This document shows, in pieces, positions 26,934 through 41,003 of a DNA stretch of 62,116 bases. Source of the DNA: Octopus bimaculoides (Eukaryota); contig NC_068996.1 in assembly GCF_001194135.2 (NCBI RefSeq), positions 27,346,120 through 27,408,235 of the forward strand. Reading direction: 5' to 3'. The position numbers and the translations under genes were made by a program. The notes below the pieces were generated by a model. That model saw nothing but the letters and a program-made list of their open reading frames with translations, did not search any database and had not been told where the DNA came from. Every line of letters begins with the position of its first letter. Within the stretch, counting starts at the first letter, position 1.

Positions 26934-27204
26934 ATGATAAACATTAATGTTATGTATAATATAAATTTTAATGTGCACGCACGTGAATTTTAATGCAGAC
27001 GCACGTGCAGTTGTGCAATGTAGATGTAAGCTGTATATATTGTCAATACCTAAACGAGGACCGACTAAAAATGTTTCGTTTTTCATTTTTACTCGGTGAA
27101 ATGAATAATTATCGTTCGTAATACGAAAAAGTAAATAAAATTTAAATTATGAATTATACATTCATTCTTGCCTTTGAATCTATTCATTTTAGATAAATAT
27201 AATT

Positions 27205-27568
<364 letters not shown>

Positions 27569-28322
27569 TTTTTATTTTTAATTAGTAGAAAGTTACAAAA
27601 GTGGCTCATGGGTTGAGAGATTCATGCATGGTACCTTTATATAAATTGTGTGTACGTGCGTGCGCTTGTTCATATCATATTTTTCTTCCTGAATTTCTAC
27701 AATCTGTTAATCATGAGAGGATAGTTTGGCTGGTTTACATCTTCCAGGTCTTCAGATGATATTTCTATATATCAACCACATTCCCATCATAATTCTAGAG
27801 CATACAGGAAACACGATAGCTTGCAACTTAATGCTTTCACTGATAATATTCGAATATTTTGTTTTTTATGATGATGATGAAGATAGTGGTGTCTTTGACG
27901 CCAACACATGCTGCGTTACCAAATATAATTGGTTTAGTTATTTTTTTCACCTTGCTCACTGGTACCTGTTTTGCATACACACACACACACACACTTACTA
28001 CGTAGATTTTAAAAAAGCATGAATATGTATACATTTTCATATCAAATATCCTATTCTCCATGCAATTATGCATGTCCTATGACTAAACGTGGGATATCAG
28101 ATACATATATGCAGAAGAATTTTTCAAAATGTAATGTGTATATTTGAAATAATACTTAGACATTGTATATGTGTGTAATGCATATAGGATATACCCATTC
28201 TATTCCATTTTTTTTAATAACTTGTGAAACCTCGGACAACGATATATAATTTACTCTTCCACGACGTAACTGTTTCAACACTCGGATTATTTGCCAAAAC
28301 ATCAATTCACGCTGCGCGCGTG

Positions 28323-28354
<32 letters not shown>

Positions 28355-30442
28355 AAATCGATTACTTGATTGTGTAAGCCTCCTCCACGTCTACGCTAAT
28401 AGGGCAGACATATGATCCACACGTTCCAGCCATAACCATCCTGTCTGTTTTATTTTTATTTCTGCTTCTGATCAACGTCGTTCATAGTATCCCCTTTTTA
28501 AGGCGATGTGTTGTTATTTGAAAGAANNNNNNNNNNNNNNNNNNNNNNNNNNNNNNNNNNNNNNNNNNNNNNNNNNNNNNNNNNNNNNNNNNNNNNNNNN
28601 NNNNNNNNNNNNNNNNNNNNNNNNNNNNNNNNNNNNNNNNNNNNNNNNNNNNNNNNNNNNNNNNNNNNNNNNNNNNNNNNNNNNNNNNNNNNNNNNNNNN
28701 NNNNNNNNNNNNNNNNNNNNNNNNNNNNNNNNNNNNNNNNNNNNNNNNNNNNNNNNNNNNNNNNNNNNNNNNNNNNNNNNNNNNNNNNNNNNNNNNNNNN
28801 NNNNNNNNNNNNNNNNNNNNNNNNNNNNNNNNNNNNNNNNNNNNNNNNNNNNNNNNNNNNNNNNNNNNNNNNNNNNNNNNNNNNNNNNNNNNNNNNNNNN
28901 NNNNNNNNNNNNNNNNNNNNNNNNNNNNNNNNNNNNNNNNNNNNNNNNNNNNNNNNNNNNNNNNNNNNNNNNNNNNNNNNNNNNNNNNNNNNNNNNNNNN
29001 NNNNNNNNNNNNNNNNNNNNNNNNNNNNNNNNNNNNNNNNNNNNNNNNNNNNNNNNNNNNNNNNNNNNNNNNNNNNNNNNNNNNNNNNNNNNCTAGTCTT
29101 AAGTTTAGTTATACCTTGTGATGGCTATTTGTAGGTGACATTTCCGCAAACACCTTTACAGTACTAATTTTGAATTTGGACGTTCAATAAAATGAAAGAT
29201 CGATAAAATACCAGACTGGAATTGGAATGCGAGGGACTGAATTAAAAAATCGACAAGTAGAAAGTGAAAGTTTAGTTTTCCGATTACTTGGCAATTAACA
29301 AAAGTACTTGGAAATGAACGAAGGGAAGCATTATGTTTTCAATATTAAACATTTTCATTGTTTAATACTTAAATTTGCACAATGAAGGACTCCTCAAATT
29401 GAATTTTCATCAACTCGTGTCAAGTCACTTCAACGTAGAGAAATATGGATAACTGCGGATACATTAGTCCGAGGGTCCATGAGGGGAAAATAAAAATTAA
29501 AAAAAAAGAACGAAAGTCCCATATATGGTTTGTCATTTAAAATGTTTTTATATATATGCACATACTCACACTGGCATACACAAGTGTGACTGCTCCTTTG
29601 ATCGGCAGCAATTACTGTTAATGATGAAAAAAAAAATTGGATCATATATAAGTAGTAAAACTTAGGCATGTATTTATATCTTAAATATCCCGTCTGATAA
29701 TATAAAAGTTACGAACAATGTTTTATCATCCGACAACTTGTGGTACACATTATAAATTGGTAATATATAACACTAAATATATCAATATATTTGTCACTGA
29801 ATTAGTCATCTGTTTATCGATTTCGTAGCCAGTAACCTCTGATGTCATTTGCAAAAGCACTGACGCTTTACAAGTCCTTCACAAGAGGTCACTAGTGTTT
29901 CAAGTATCCATAACAACATCAATTTATTTTTTATTTCCGCATTACCCTTCTCATCGCACACATATGCAGTGCATGGTTCCTAGAAATTGCATAACGTTCC
30001 TGCATTCATGAAGGTATTCCATGAGACTGTTAACCACACACATAATACAAAAGAATATATTATGAAAGAACGGAAGTATATAATAAAAAAAAATGTTGGT
30101 TCACTTCTACGTGTCAATTCTTAAGACGGGGTACTAGATCAGTATTAAAACAAAAATAATATTTAAGATTTTCGAATAAATGTAGACAACTTGTTCAATC
30201 CCAATTTACTTATCAGTAGGATTCTTGTTTTTAATAATTATAATTTTAAAGAAGTAAGATACAAAAATTTACTATGACAAAATAATAAGTTTCTAATTTA
30301 GACACAAGTCCAGCATTTTAGCTGGAATGAGCTGTTAGTACAAAGTTGCCCTTTGTAGGATTTGAATTGAATGGTATTTTGTCAGATGCTTTAACAGTTT
30401 AATCACTGTACTCCTTAATAATAAAGGTTTCTAATTTGGGCA

Positions 30443-30657
30443 GAATTCTTTTCTACTTTAGGCACAAGGCCCGAAATTTTTGGGGAAGGGGCCAGTCGAT
30501 TAAATTGACCCCAGTACGCAACTGGTACCTAATTTATCGACGTAGAAAGAATGAAAGGCAAAGTCGACCTCGGCGGAATTCGAACTCGGAACGTAAAGAC
30601 ACGAAATACCGCAAAGCATTTCGCCTGGCGTGCTAACGTTTCTGCCAGCTCGCCGCC
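30443..30657 (-). mobile_element. tRNA-headed SINE, best-preserved copy of a family recurring at ~9361, 9650, 11215, 32080, 32760, 38890 and 59340
   Basis: On the minus strand: ggcggcgagctggcagaaacgttagc (A-box-like)...ccgagttcgaattccgcc (B-box-like), then a shared tail ggccttgtgcctaaagtagaa. Confidence 0.75.
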
Positions 30658-32411
30658 ATAGAATACTAGCAATATTGAGAAGAGGTAGATTAGTGGATTG
30701 TATATTGATTCGAGTATATCACTGGTACTTTATTTTATCAACCCTGAAAGGATGAAAGGCAAAATATACAAACAGTTGTCAATTAATTTGAGCTTCAGAG
30801 CAGATGTGTTTAGTTTCTCCAGAATTGTCTATCCCTACCAACCCAATTTGGAAATTTACCTTGTGTGTGTGTTAGGAAGAGCATCATACTGTAGAAACTA
30901 TGCCAAAACTGACATGAAGCTCAATGCAGGCCTGTGGCTCACCAGATCTTGTCAAACAGTCAAGTACGTACCAGCATGGAAAAATGAACATTAAATCATG
31001 ATCATGATAACTGTAGTAGATTTAAGATTTACTTTTTTGAATTTTGTCCTTTTTCTCACTTCTCTCTCATGAATCATTTTTCAGTTTTAGTATTAATGGT
31101 GTTCAATCAATTGGGATGTTTCCATACAAGGCCATCAATATATTATAACTCTGAAAACGAGGCTTAATCATTTGCCTAATGAAGTTTAAAATGTAAAACT
31201 ATGTAGAGGCTGGTAAAGCACTAGGCTAAAAAGATGCAATATTAAAATTGATAAGATAAGTACCTGTAATTTTACTAGTGTGTTATAATCATGCACCTCT
31301 CTGTTTACCTTTAAACTAAACCCAAACAGAGGACATGACAGTAGAGGGATTTTAGTCTATCCCAATCATAGGCATCAGAGAGGCTGGCTTTCCAAACTGG
31401 CTAACAAGAAACAGATTGCTATTTTTCTGGATTGTTCACTATTATTTATTGTTATAAGAGTGGTGGATTGGTAAAATTGTTAAAGCACCAGGAAAAATGC
31501 TTTGCAAATCTCATTGGGTCAACTGCAGGGCCTTGAGCTGATCACAAGGGACTCAAATGAATTTTAAATGATTAAAATCCAGATCCTTGGTTTTTAAAGA
31601 AAAAGTCAACAATTTTCATTTTCCACTTGGCAGCATAAAAATCTTTTCTTGAATATGTGCTTTTAAAATTGGAGTGTCTTATACTTCCATGCCTCTTCTT
31701 ATGCAATTTCATGGAAGGCACTGAAGATTAATACTCTAGTCAATACATGGTAGAGGGGTTAAACTTCTGTATGATGTAGAGGCAGAAATTTTGATGGATT
31801 CACAATGAGATACTTCCAAGGACAGAAAATGCAAATATCACCGGAAACCTCAGAATCTGGCTACAAGGCTCTGGATGACCTTGGATATCAACTGTTTAAC
31901 AGAAGAAATAGCAGATGTTAGTGAGGATTAAGACAATGTGCCATTACCTAAAATACCCAAATTGAGACAAACTTTTGATAACATTATTTTACATGTTGCT
32001 TGTCAACAGAAACTGATGTTAGATCTTGTATAGACTTGTGGAATAATAAAATACTTTACTTGAGAAAAGTGTTAGCTGGCAAAATTTTTCAAGAGTTGCG
32101 GGGAAGTTGCTTTCTGGTATTTGTTCCAATGTTTTATGTTCTGAGTCCAAATCCTGCCATGGTCAATTTTGCCTTTTATCTCTCCAGGTTAAGCACCAGT
32201 CAAGAATTGGAGTCGGAGATATCAACTAATCCCCTCTTTTCAAATTACTGGACCTGCACCTGTGTTAGAAACCATCAATAATATTAATACACTAACTTAT
32301 TGTTTTTGTACATACCTGTTGTGTGCATCACACTTACTTCAATGAAGTGGTAAAGCAAGAGAGAGGAGGACAGAGGAAGAGAAAAAGTGAAAGAGACTTA
32401 GTGGTGATGGT

Positions 32412-32537
32412 ATTCATTTTGTGTTTTTAAATGTTTCGGAGAGGAAGTAAGAGAGAGAGTGAAAGAGACAGTGTTCGTTTTGTGTTTTTAAATGTTTTAG
32501 AGAGGACGTAAGAGAGAGAGAGTGAAAGAGACAGTGT
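32412..32537 (+). repeat. ~60-bp tandem duplication (about 2 copies)
   Basis: ttcattttgtgtttttaaatgttt..gagagga.gtaagagagagagtgaaagagacagtg occurs twice. Confidence 0.8.
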
Positions 32538-33017
32538 ACATAGATACATAGACACAGCAAATATTGGATGTCAATTTCACTTTTTCTCTTTCACTTCCTT
32601 TGTGTCCCTTTTCTTTTACAATTAAGGTTCTTTGAATATGTATGGTGCATTTTAAGGTTAATAGTAATTCCGTTTACGTTTGTGTAACTGAGATATCTTG
32701 GTTGGATTATATAAACACTGGTGTTGCATTACTTTCTGTATTCTCTAACTGTCACAATTTACTTTTCTAGGCCTGAAATTTTTGTGGGGAGGGAGCCAGT
32801 TCATTAGATTGACCCCAGTACACAACTAATACTTAATTTATCGACCCTGAAAGGACAAAAGGCAAAGTCGATCTCGGCAGGATTTGAACTTAGAACGTAA
32901 AGACAGACGGTCATAATATACAAACATTTCTCATGGCACCAGTACACTGTTTACAGATCATCATCGTTTAACGTCCGCTTTCCATGCTGGCNNNNNNNNN
33001 NGTACACTGTTTACAGA

Positions 33018-34425
33018 TCATCATCGTTTAACGTCCGCTTTCCATGCTGGCATGGGTTGGACGGTTTGACTGAGGGCTGGCAAGCCAGAAGGCTGCACCA
33101 CTCTCCAATCTGATCTGGCAAAGTTTCTACAGCTGGATGTCCTTCCTAAAGCCAACCACTCCAAGAGCGTAGTGGATGCTTTTACGTGCCAACAGCATGA
33201 TGGCCAGTCAGGTGGTACTGGCATCAGCCACGCTCAAATGGTGCTTTTTATGTGCCACCTGCATGTACTGGCATTGACAATGCTCGAATTTTCCTTTATT
33301 TTTCATGCCACCAGCACGGGAGCCGGTCCGTGGTCCTGGCAACGATCATGCTCAAATGGTGCTTTTAACATTCCTCAGGCACCAATCAGGTGGTATTGTC
33401 ATCGGCCATGACAGTGATTTCACTTGCCTCAAAAGGTCTTCGCAAGCATAGTTTATTGTCCAATGATTGAATGGTACTCGTAAATGGGCTGGTTATATAG
33501 CACTGGCATCGGCCACGGTTATGGTTTCACTTGGCTTGTCGGGTCTTCTCAAGCACAGAATATCTCTAAAGGTCTCAATCACTTGTCATTGCTTTGGTGA
33601 GGCCCAGTGTTCGAAGGTTGTGCTTCACCACTTCATCCCAGGTCTTTCTGGGTCTACCTCTTCCACAGGTTCCCTCAATTGCTAGGGTGTGGCACTTTTT
33701 CACACAGCTATCCTCATCCATTCTCGCCACATGACCGTACCAGCGCAATCGTCTCTCTTGCACACCACAATCGATGCTTTTTAGGTTCAACTTTTCTCTC
33801 AAGGTGCTTACACTCTGTCTAGGATGCACACTGACATTACACATCCATTGGAGCATACTGGGTTCATTCCTTGCGAGCCTACGCATGTCTTCAGCAGTCA
33901 TGGCCCATGTTTCACTGCCATGTAGCATAGCTGTTCACATACATGCATCATACAGTCTACTTTTTATTCTGAGTGAGAGGCCCTTTGTCACCAGGTAGCA
34001 GCTCTCTGAACATTGCCCAAACTATCCTTCATCTAGCAGCTACACTTTCAGAGCATCCATCCCCGCTACTGACTTGGTCACCTAGGTAACGAAAACTATC
34101 AACTACGTCTAGTTTTTCTCCCTGGAATGTGGCAAAGGTTGTTTTCTGCACATTTTCAGTGTTTATTGCTCCTGAGCATTTGCCACATACAAAAACTATC
34201 TTCCCAGTTAGCCTTCCTTTGATGTTGCTGCACCTCTTATGTGTCCATAGCTTACACTGGGTACATCTTATGGAGTTTCTACCTACGCCTTTTCTACAGA
34301 TCGAGCAGAACCATCTACCTGAGGATGAGTTATGGTTTGTCTGCCTTCTTACTTATTAAGACTTTGGTTTTTGCTAGGTTGACTCCAAGGCCCTTCGATT
34401 CTAATCCTTGCTTCCACACCTGAAA
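33018..34425 (-). mobile_element. 5'-truncated RTE-clade LINE, copy A (intron 1, antisense)
   Basis: LHGSETWAM...RRLRWYGHVARM...GRGRPRKTW (RTE ORF2 C-terminus), long 3'UTR and (GAT)n tail. Confidence 0.9.
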
Positions 34426-34852
34426 CTTCTACATCTTTTGCTTTCCATGAATTTTTTATGGGTCCAGCTAGTTATTATTTTTCAGATGATTTTGATTAAA
34501 ATTTCATAGTAAACTTACCAGTTGCTTCCAAATCTTTAAATTAGGTAACCACAGTTACAAATGCAGATGAATTTCTTTTTTAAGTCTCAGTTACGAAAAC
34601 TAGCTTGTGTGTATGTGCAGTAGTGTGTTTAAAGGTATTCTTTTGTATGGATTGTTACATTTCAGGTGTTTGCACCTGCTTCTTTTTAAAAGTAATTTAT
34701 TCATGAAAACAAGGGCATTACGCATTAAAAAAAAAAAAGAAGATATACTTGGCCTATTACACAATAAACCTGAAATGCTTAATGCTGCAGAGTTATAACT
34801 GATGAAGGAAACCTGGACAGTTAGCTTGCAAAGACTAGAAATGCTCATGTCA

Positions 34853-35050
34853 TTAACCATTTAGTGTTTAAACTGGCCATATCTGGCCCAAATATTTTAC
34901 ATGTTTTATATTCAAACTGGCGATATCTAGCCTCTCACACCTAACCTACATTGACATTCTAAAAATAAACAATCACATCATTGAAACCTCAAAGCTATAA
35001 GGTGAAAAAGTGTTACATTTAACAGAGTTATCTGAACACTAAAGGGTTAA
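34853..35050 (+). mobile_element. TTAA-flanked piggyBac-type MITE, copy 2
   Basis: TTAAccatttag...ctaaagggTTAA; same family as 2930. Confidence 0.75.
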
Positions 35051-36299
35051 AATACTGCACAAACCTACCTTACAGGTTTGTAACTTGTTTGGGTTGTTCC
35101 TCATTCACCTCCTCCTACCTTGTATAATTAGCAACTAGGTGTTGTTGAAGCAAAGGCAACATTATTCTTCATTAACACTATGAATGACCCTAGCTCCTGC
35201 ACAAGATGTGTGTTACCCACTCATCTAATGCAATTGTTTAGCATAGATATATGTGAAACAAGCATCAAGAACATGTTCTACTGTCTGATTTTTATGGCCA
35301 ACGGCTTGGTATGATCAGACAATATTTCAGTTTATCACTGCTGCTTCATTGTACAGTGATAGTTGGCCCCACATCCATTGCCTTCATGACTATATGTCTG
35401 AATATTTTTCAACCTTACATGACAGAGCTGCTTGATCCTAATTCTCCAAGGATGATATCACTAAATCAGTTCATGTCTACTTGGAAGAGCAGATATTAAA
35501 TATAGGAGAATGAGTGTTTTAGATCACTCAGTTGATATACAGCTTTAAAATGTTCTGTTCATATCTTTTAGTAGAAAGTAATGCAAGATGACTTGTAGGA
35601 AGCAATTTCTTTGCCAGATATAAAGTAAGATTTGGCTCTTGTCAGGTGGGTTAGTGCAGAAAAAGAACAAGAGAGGCATATGTACTTTTCTTGAAGCAAG
35701 TTTGAAACTAATTTTTCTGACTAAGAATTTCATCACATGATTTGAGTTGAGTGTTTTTTTTAGTCATTCACTATTCAATGGATTAAGAATAAATATAAGT
35801 TCTAAAGAAAAAGAACAACTCAGGTTTAGAATATTTGATTTTTATCTCTTGGTGATTTCTGAGCTTTGTTCTGTAGTAAATTACCAGCCTATGAGAGAGG
35901 TATTGTTGAGGAAACCAATATTTTATTAGTTGAAGATAATATTGAGTGCAGCTTATTGGTAGTAAGAAACTCTGCAAAGAGCTGAACAGCAGAGGGTCTT
36001 CTTCATGCAAATGTTTAAGTCTATAACTCCTTACACTTCAAGGAGACTGGATGTCATCTGGGTTATGATTATTGACCACCCCTCTGCTACCACATTCTAT
36101 GCCATTGTACAAAGTAACACCCTCCTGAATAGTTAAGGTGCCCCAAAGTCAAGGTACCTTGGATATTGTAACCAGTTTATTGTAAGACAGTTGTCTTGGC
36201 TAAATTATACCTTTTGAAATTCACATCCATTCCTCATTGACCCAATTCAATTGGAACTCTTCACAGCTGCCGAAAATATGTGATTTCACTTTGTAAATA

Positions 36300-38777
36300 G
36301 TTGAGTTATAGTATCCGACATTGCTTGACGTGATATCTGAACTCAGTGAATTTTGGGAGATTTTTTTTCCACACTTTTTTGGCGTCGATTTTTTTTTTCA
36401 AACTTTGAAAATGGATAGGAGTTTCTTGCTATCAAGCAGTGATTCTGAATTTAAAGGTTTTTCAACGGAAAATATGGAGATATTGAGAAAAAGAATGAAT
36501 GAGATACAAAAGCATGTGATGTACGAGAATGAATGGGATATTTCTGTATCCAAAACCGAAAGCAGCAATTCTGAAGAAACTGAAAGCGGCGATAGAGACA
36601 GCAAAGACGATTTTACACCAGAATGAAGTAAAGATTTTAAAAATGCTTTTATTAGCAATTTTTCTGAGGAGATGGGGTCTATCCATAGTCTTTCTTAGGA
36701 AGTGAAACCGTTAGACTTTTATTTTTTTCAGTATGCTTGTTTGAAGCGATCACTGCGGAAACAAACTGTTACGCAGAATGTAAACCAACAGTATATGCCA
36801 GGAAAGCCTACGAAATGGGGGATCAAAGTTTGTGAAGCAAATACTGGGTACTGCTGTGGATTTAGTTTGTATATAAGGAAAATAATGTTAGTCAGCATAG
36901 TGTAGGGTACGATGTGGTCTGGAATTTATCACTTCCATACCATAACCAGGGCCGTATATTATTTTTTGACCGATTTTTTTTTTTAGTTCAGTCAAACTTG
37001 CAGTGGATTTGGGTGGATTCCAGTATTTCAGTTTATTTCACCTTTATGGTACACTTGTTCTGTTGTGCATTAAATTCAACTGATAACCTAGTGATGTGCA
37101 CAATTCTTCTAGATCAAAATCTTGTTGCATACCCAATTGAATGTTAGCTGATGATTCATTTTTTATGATGTTTAAACAAAATTTTAATATTTTTACCTTT
37201 TGCTCAGTTTACCTGGACTTACCTGTAATTAGTTACTTTGGGACAAAAGTTATGCAATAGAATTGATTAAGAGCCCTTTCTTTAATTATGTTCCAAATAT
37301 TACATTAATATGTTGATAAGTAAAAAAGTTACAGTTGTTTAATGAAACTAGTCTAAATTCATGATTATTTTAAAATTTAATTGAAACTCATAAGGTGTGC
37401 ATTTTCATCATCATCATCATCGTTTAACGTCCGCTTTCCATGCTAGCATGGTTTGGACGATTTGACTGAGGACTGGTGAACCAGATGGCTACACCAGGCT
37501 CCAATCTGATTTGGCAGAGTTTCTACAGCTGGATGCCTTTCCTAACGCCAACCACTCGAAGAGTGTAGTGGGTGCTTTTACGTGCCACCGGCACGAAGGC
37601 CAGTCAGGCAGTACTGGCAACGGCTACGCTCAAAATGGTATATTTTACGTGCCACCTGCACACGAGCCAGTCCAACGGCACTGGCAATGACCTTGCTCAA
37701 ATGTCTTTACACGTGCCACCGGCACAAGTGCCAAGAAGGCGACGCTGGGCACAGGTGCCATCACGATTTCACTTTCGCTTGCCCCAACAGGTCTTCGCAA
37801 ACTGAGTTTCGTGTCCAATAAAGGAAGGGTACGCATAAGTGGGCTGGCTACACCCCTGGCAGAGGCCTTGAATTTAGGTCTCATTTGGCTTGCCAAGTTT
37901 TCTCACGCACAGCATATTTCCAAAGGTCTCGGTCGGAAGTCATCGCCTCGGTGAGGCCCAATGTTCGAAGGTCGTGCCTCACCACCTCATCCCAGGTCTT
38001 CCTGGGCCTACCTCTTCCACAGGTTCCCTCCACTGCTAGGGTGTGGTACTTTTTCACACAGCTATCCTCATCCATTCTCGCTACATGACCATACCAGCGC
38101 AATCGTCTCTCTTGCACACCACAACTGATGCTTCTTAGGTTCAACTTTTCTCTCAAGGTACTTACACTCTGTCGAGTATGCACACTGACATTACACATCC
38201 ATTGGAGCATACTGGCTTTGTTTCTTGCGAGCCTACGCATGTCCTCAGCAGTCATGGCCCATGTTTCACTGCCATGTAGCATGGCTGTTCACACACATGC
38301 ATCATAAAGTCTGCCTTTTACTCTGAGAGAGAGGCCCTTTGTCACCAGCAGAGGTAAGAGCTCTCTGAACTTTGCCCAGGCTATTCTTATTCTAGCAGCT
38401 ACACTTTCAGCACACCCACCCCCACTACTAACTTGGTCACCCAGATAGCGGAAGCTATCAACTACTTCTAGTTTTTCTCCCTGGCATGTGACAGAGGTTG
38501 TTTTCTGCACATTCTCAGTGTTTATTGCTCCTAAACATCTGCCTCATACAAAAACTAACCTCCTAGTTAACCTTCTTTGATATTGCTGCACCTCTTATGT
38601 GTCCATAGCTTGCACTGGGTGCATCTAATAGAGTTTCTACTTACGCCTTTTCTACAGATTGAGCAGGGCCATCTACCTAAAGGGGTTTGTGTTTTTTCTA
38701 CCTTCCTACTTATTAGGACTTTGGTTTTTGCTAGGTTGACTCTAAGGCCCTTAAAAATATAGTAATGAAAGGGTTAA
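36300..38777 (+). mobile_element. Internally deleted piggyBac element whose right end is interrupted by RTE copy B
   Basis: Acidic N-terminus (SDSEFKGF), PLDFYFF, YMPGKPTKWGIKV, CEANTGYCCGFSLY, GRILFFDRFF; terminal gaaagggTTAA at 38774-38777. Left TIR not identified. Confidence 0.7.
37406..38752 (-). mobile_element. 5'-truncated RTE-clade LINE, copy B
   Basis: EVVDSFRYLG...RIRIAWAKFRELLPLL...LHGSETW...RLRWYGHV...RGRPRKTW and a (GAT)n tail. Confidence 0.92.
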
Positions 38778-39269
38778 CATAACTTTTTGTTTTTCAAATT
38801 GATTTAAAAGTTGACTTATCATACAACCTGCAGTATTTACAGTTAATTAAATGCATAATTGTTAAGGATCAATATATAATTCAAATAAGATAATAATAAT
38901 GGTTTCAAGTTTCGGTACAAGACCAGCAATTTTAGTAGGGAGGGAAAGTTGATTACATCAATCCCACTACACAACTAATATTTATTTTATCAGTCCCAAA
39001 AGGATGAAAGATAAAGTTGATCTCAGTGGGATTTGACCCGAGAACATAAAGAACTGGAAGAAAAGCTGCTCACCATTTTGTCCAATATTGTAATGATTCT
39101 TCAAGCTTGCTTCCTAAGTGAGAGACCTCATAAATGATAAAGAGAAAGATGCTGTAAATATTGGATTTTGCAAAGTCATCTATCATTCAAGTGATGTTAC
39201 ATACACCTGTTTCTAGATATGTATTTATTTTGTTTATGAGAGTTTAAACTATTCTTATGTCCAGACTAG

Positions 39270-39401
39270 ATTTAAACTGGCCAGATCCAGCCTCTTATAC
39301 CTATCTTATGTCATTTTAAAAATAAACAATCGCATCATTGAAATCTCAAAGCTATGAGATAATGCAGAATTAATTTGAAACAATGTGAATAAATAAGCAT
39401 T
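39270..39401 (+). mobile_element. Partial copy of the TTAA MITE family
   Basis: tttaaactggccagatccagcctct...gctatgagataatgc...caatgtgaataaataagcatt; termini not recognisable. Confidence 0.6.
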
Positions 39402-39851
39402 ATGTTGTTGCTTAAACCAAGTTCAGTACTGGTTTAGCAGAGAATAAAAATTTTCAGTTGTGACATCCCTTTCTTCCAGACTGCATACAGTACCGCATTA
39501 TTGAATGTATCTTTTATTTTCTCAGGATACAATAGACGAATTTGGGTTGCTTTTCCTACCAGTTCAAGTGATAATGTTGAGGCTCATATGTTTGACTGTT
39601 ACATATTAAATGCAATGTACAATTAACAAGTATATCTGATATGCAGTCGTGGAAAAAACAAAATAAAACCATATTTCTGTGCTTTAGTAATTTAAACTTT
39701 AAATGATTTTAATACTTTTATCATGAAGGCTGTATTGAAAGCGGGATGTGAACATTGAATAGTCTTTAACCAATATTTATTAAGTCTTTGTTGAGACAAT
39801 GGAGCAGTGGATTAGATGATTATATAATCAATATATATATATATATATCTA

Positions 39852-40335
39852 TCTAATATATAAAATAGAGATGTGTGTGTATTTGCTTTTCACGTGAAAA
39901 CGGCTTCACCAATTACTTCCATACTTGCGATGCATGAATAATTTGACTTGGACATATAGTAGGGTCTTCATTTGACTTAAAAACAAAAGAAACAAAATAT
40001 TGCATTATATTTATGATTCAATTCTTTAAAAATGTTTCTCAATGTCGACTTCTGGTAAGATGTTATAGGACATCAGAGGCAACAATAAAGCTACATTAGT
40101 TTTCTCAGGAATGACTGGTAATGAATGTCATTCCAAGAGGAACAAGATCTGATGAAATAAAAGCATGCATTAAGTCTTCACACCTATAGATTAAAGTACT
40201 GAAATTCACCTTCAATATGAATGTGCAAGCTTTATAATGAATAAGATTCCAACAGTCATTAAGAAGTACAAATCAGTTGATTCAGTCCTTAATGAAAATC
40301 AAGCTCTCCATTACCCAACAAAGTTCTTAAAGGTA
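39852..40335 (+). mobile_element. Helitron remnant (PIF1-like helicase pieces)
   Basis: 5' TCtaatatataaa start; VIPRGTRSDEIKACIKSSHL* and SVDSVLNENQALHYPTKFL match Helitron helicase motifs (PVIPRG..ACLKSS.LW; YPTEFLN). Confidence 0.7.
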
Positions 40336-40552
40336 AAAAGTCCCAATAATGCTTCTGCAAAATTTAAGATTCATTCATGATGGTCACATATATGGTGGGG
40401 TTAAGGAGATGTTGAAACCAAATATAAAGCATCTAATTTAATCTGTCCCTGTGTCTTTCTGCAGCAGTTCCATTGATCATTCGTTTATTTATGATCTGTT
40501 GGTATATTGATTTTTTAAGAAAATGTAAAGTCTTTTATTTATCAAAGTTTAA

Positions 40553-40786
<234 letters not shown>

Positions 40787-40795
40787 TAAAATGTG

Positions 40796-41003
40796 TTAAC
40801 CCTTTAGCATTTAAACTGGCCATATCTGGCCAAGATATATCTGTTCTCTGTTCAGATTGGCCAGATATGGCTTTTCACACCTACCCTTAGGTTAATCTAT
40901 AAAGATAACCACATCATTGAAATATTGAAGCTATAAGAAAATACATTATTAATTCAAAACAATGTGAATAAATATGACATTCAACAAAATGTTAAGGGAT
41001 TAA
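40796..41003 (+). mobile_element. TTAA-flanked piggyBac-type MITE, 40 bp after the exon 2 donor
   Basis: TTAAccctttagcatttaaactggcc...aagggaTTAA. Confidence 0.75.

Noticed and set aside
27726-28022. Possible alternative first exon in intron 1
   Set aside because: No frame or donor compatible with exon 2 and no PRPS-like content.
30443-30657. tRNA-like A/B-box sequences as tRNA genes
   Set aside because: No complete cloverleaf; they run into a shared repeat body and recur as diverged dispersed copies, so they are SINE heads.
32942-33051. 50-bp exact direct repeat that looks like a long TSD at the RTE 3' end
   Set aside because: It is separated only by a 10-N gap; an assembly overlap artefact.
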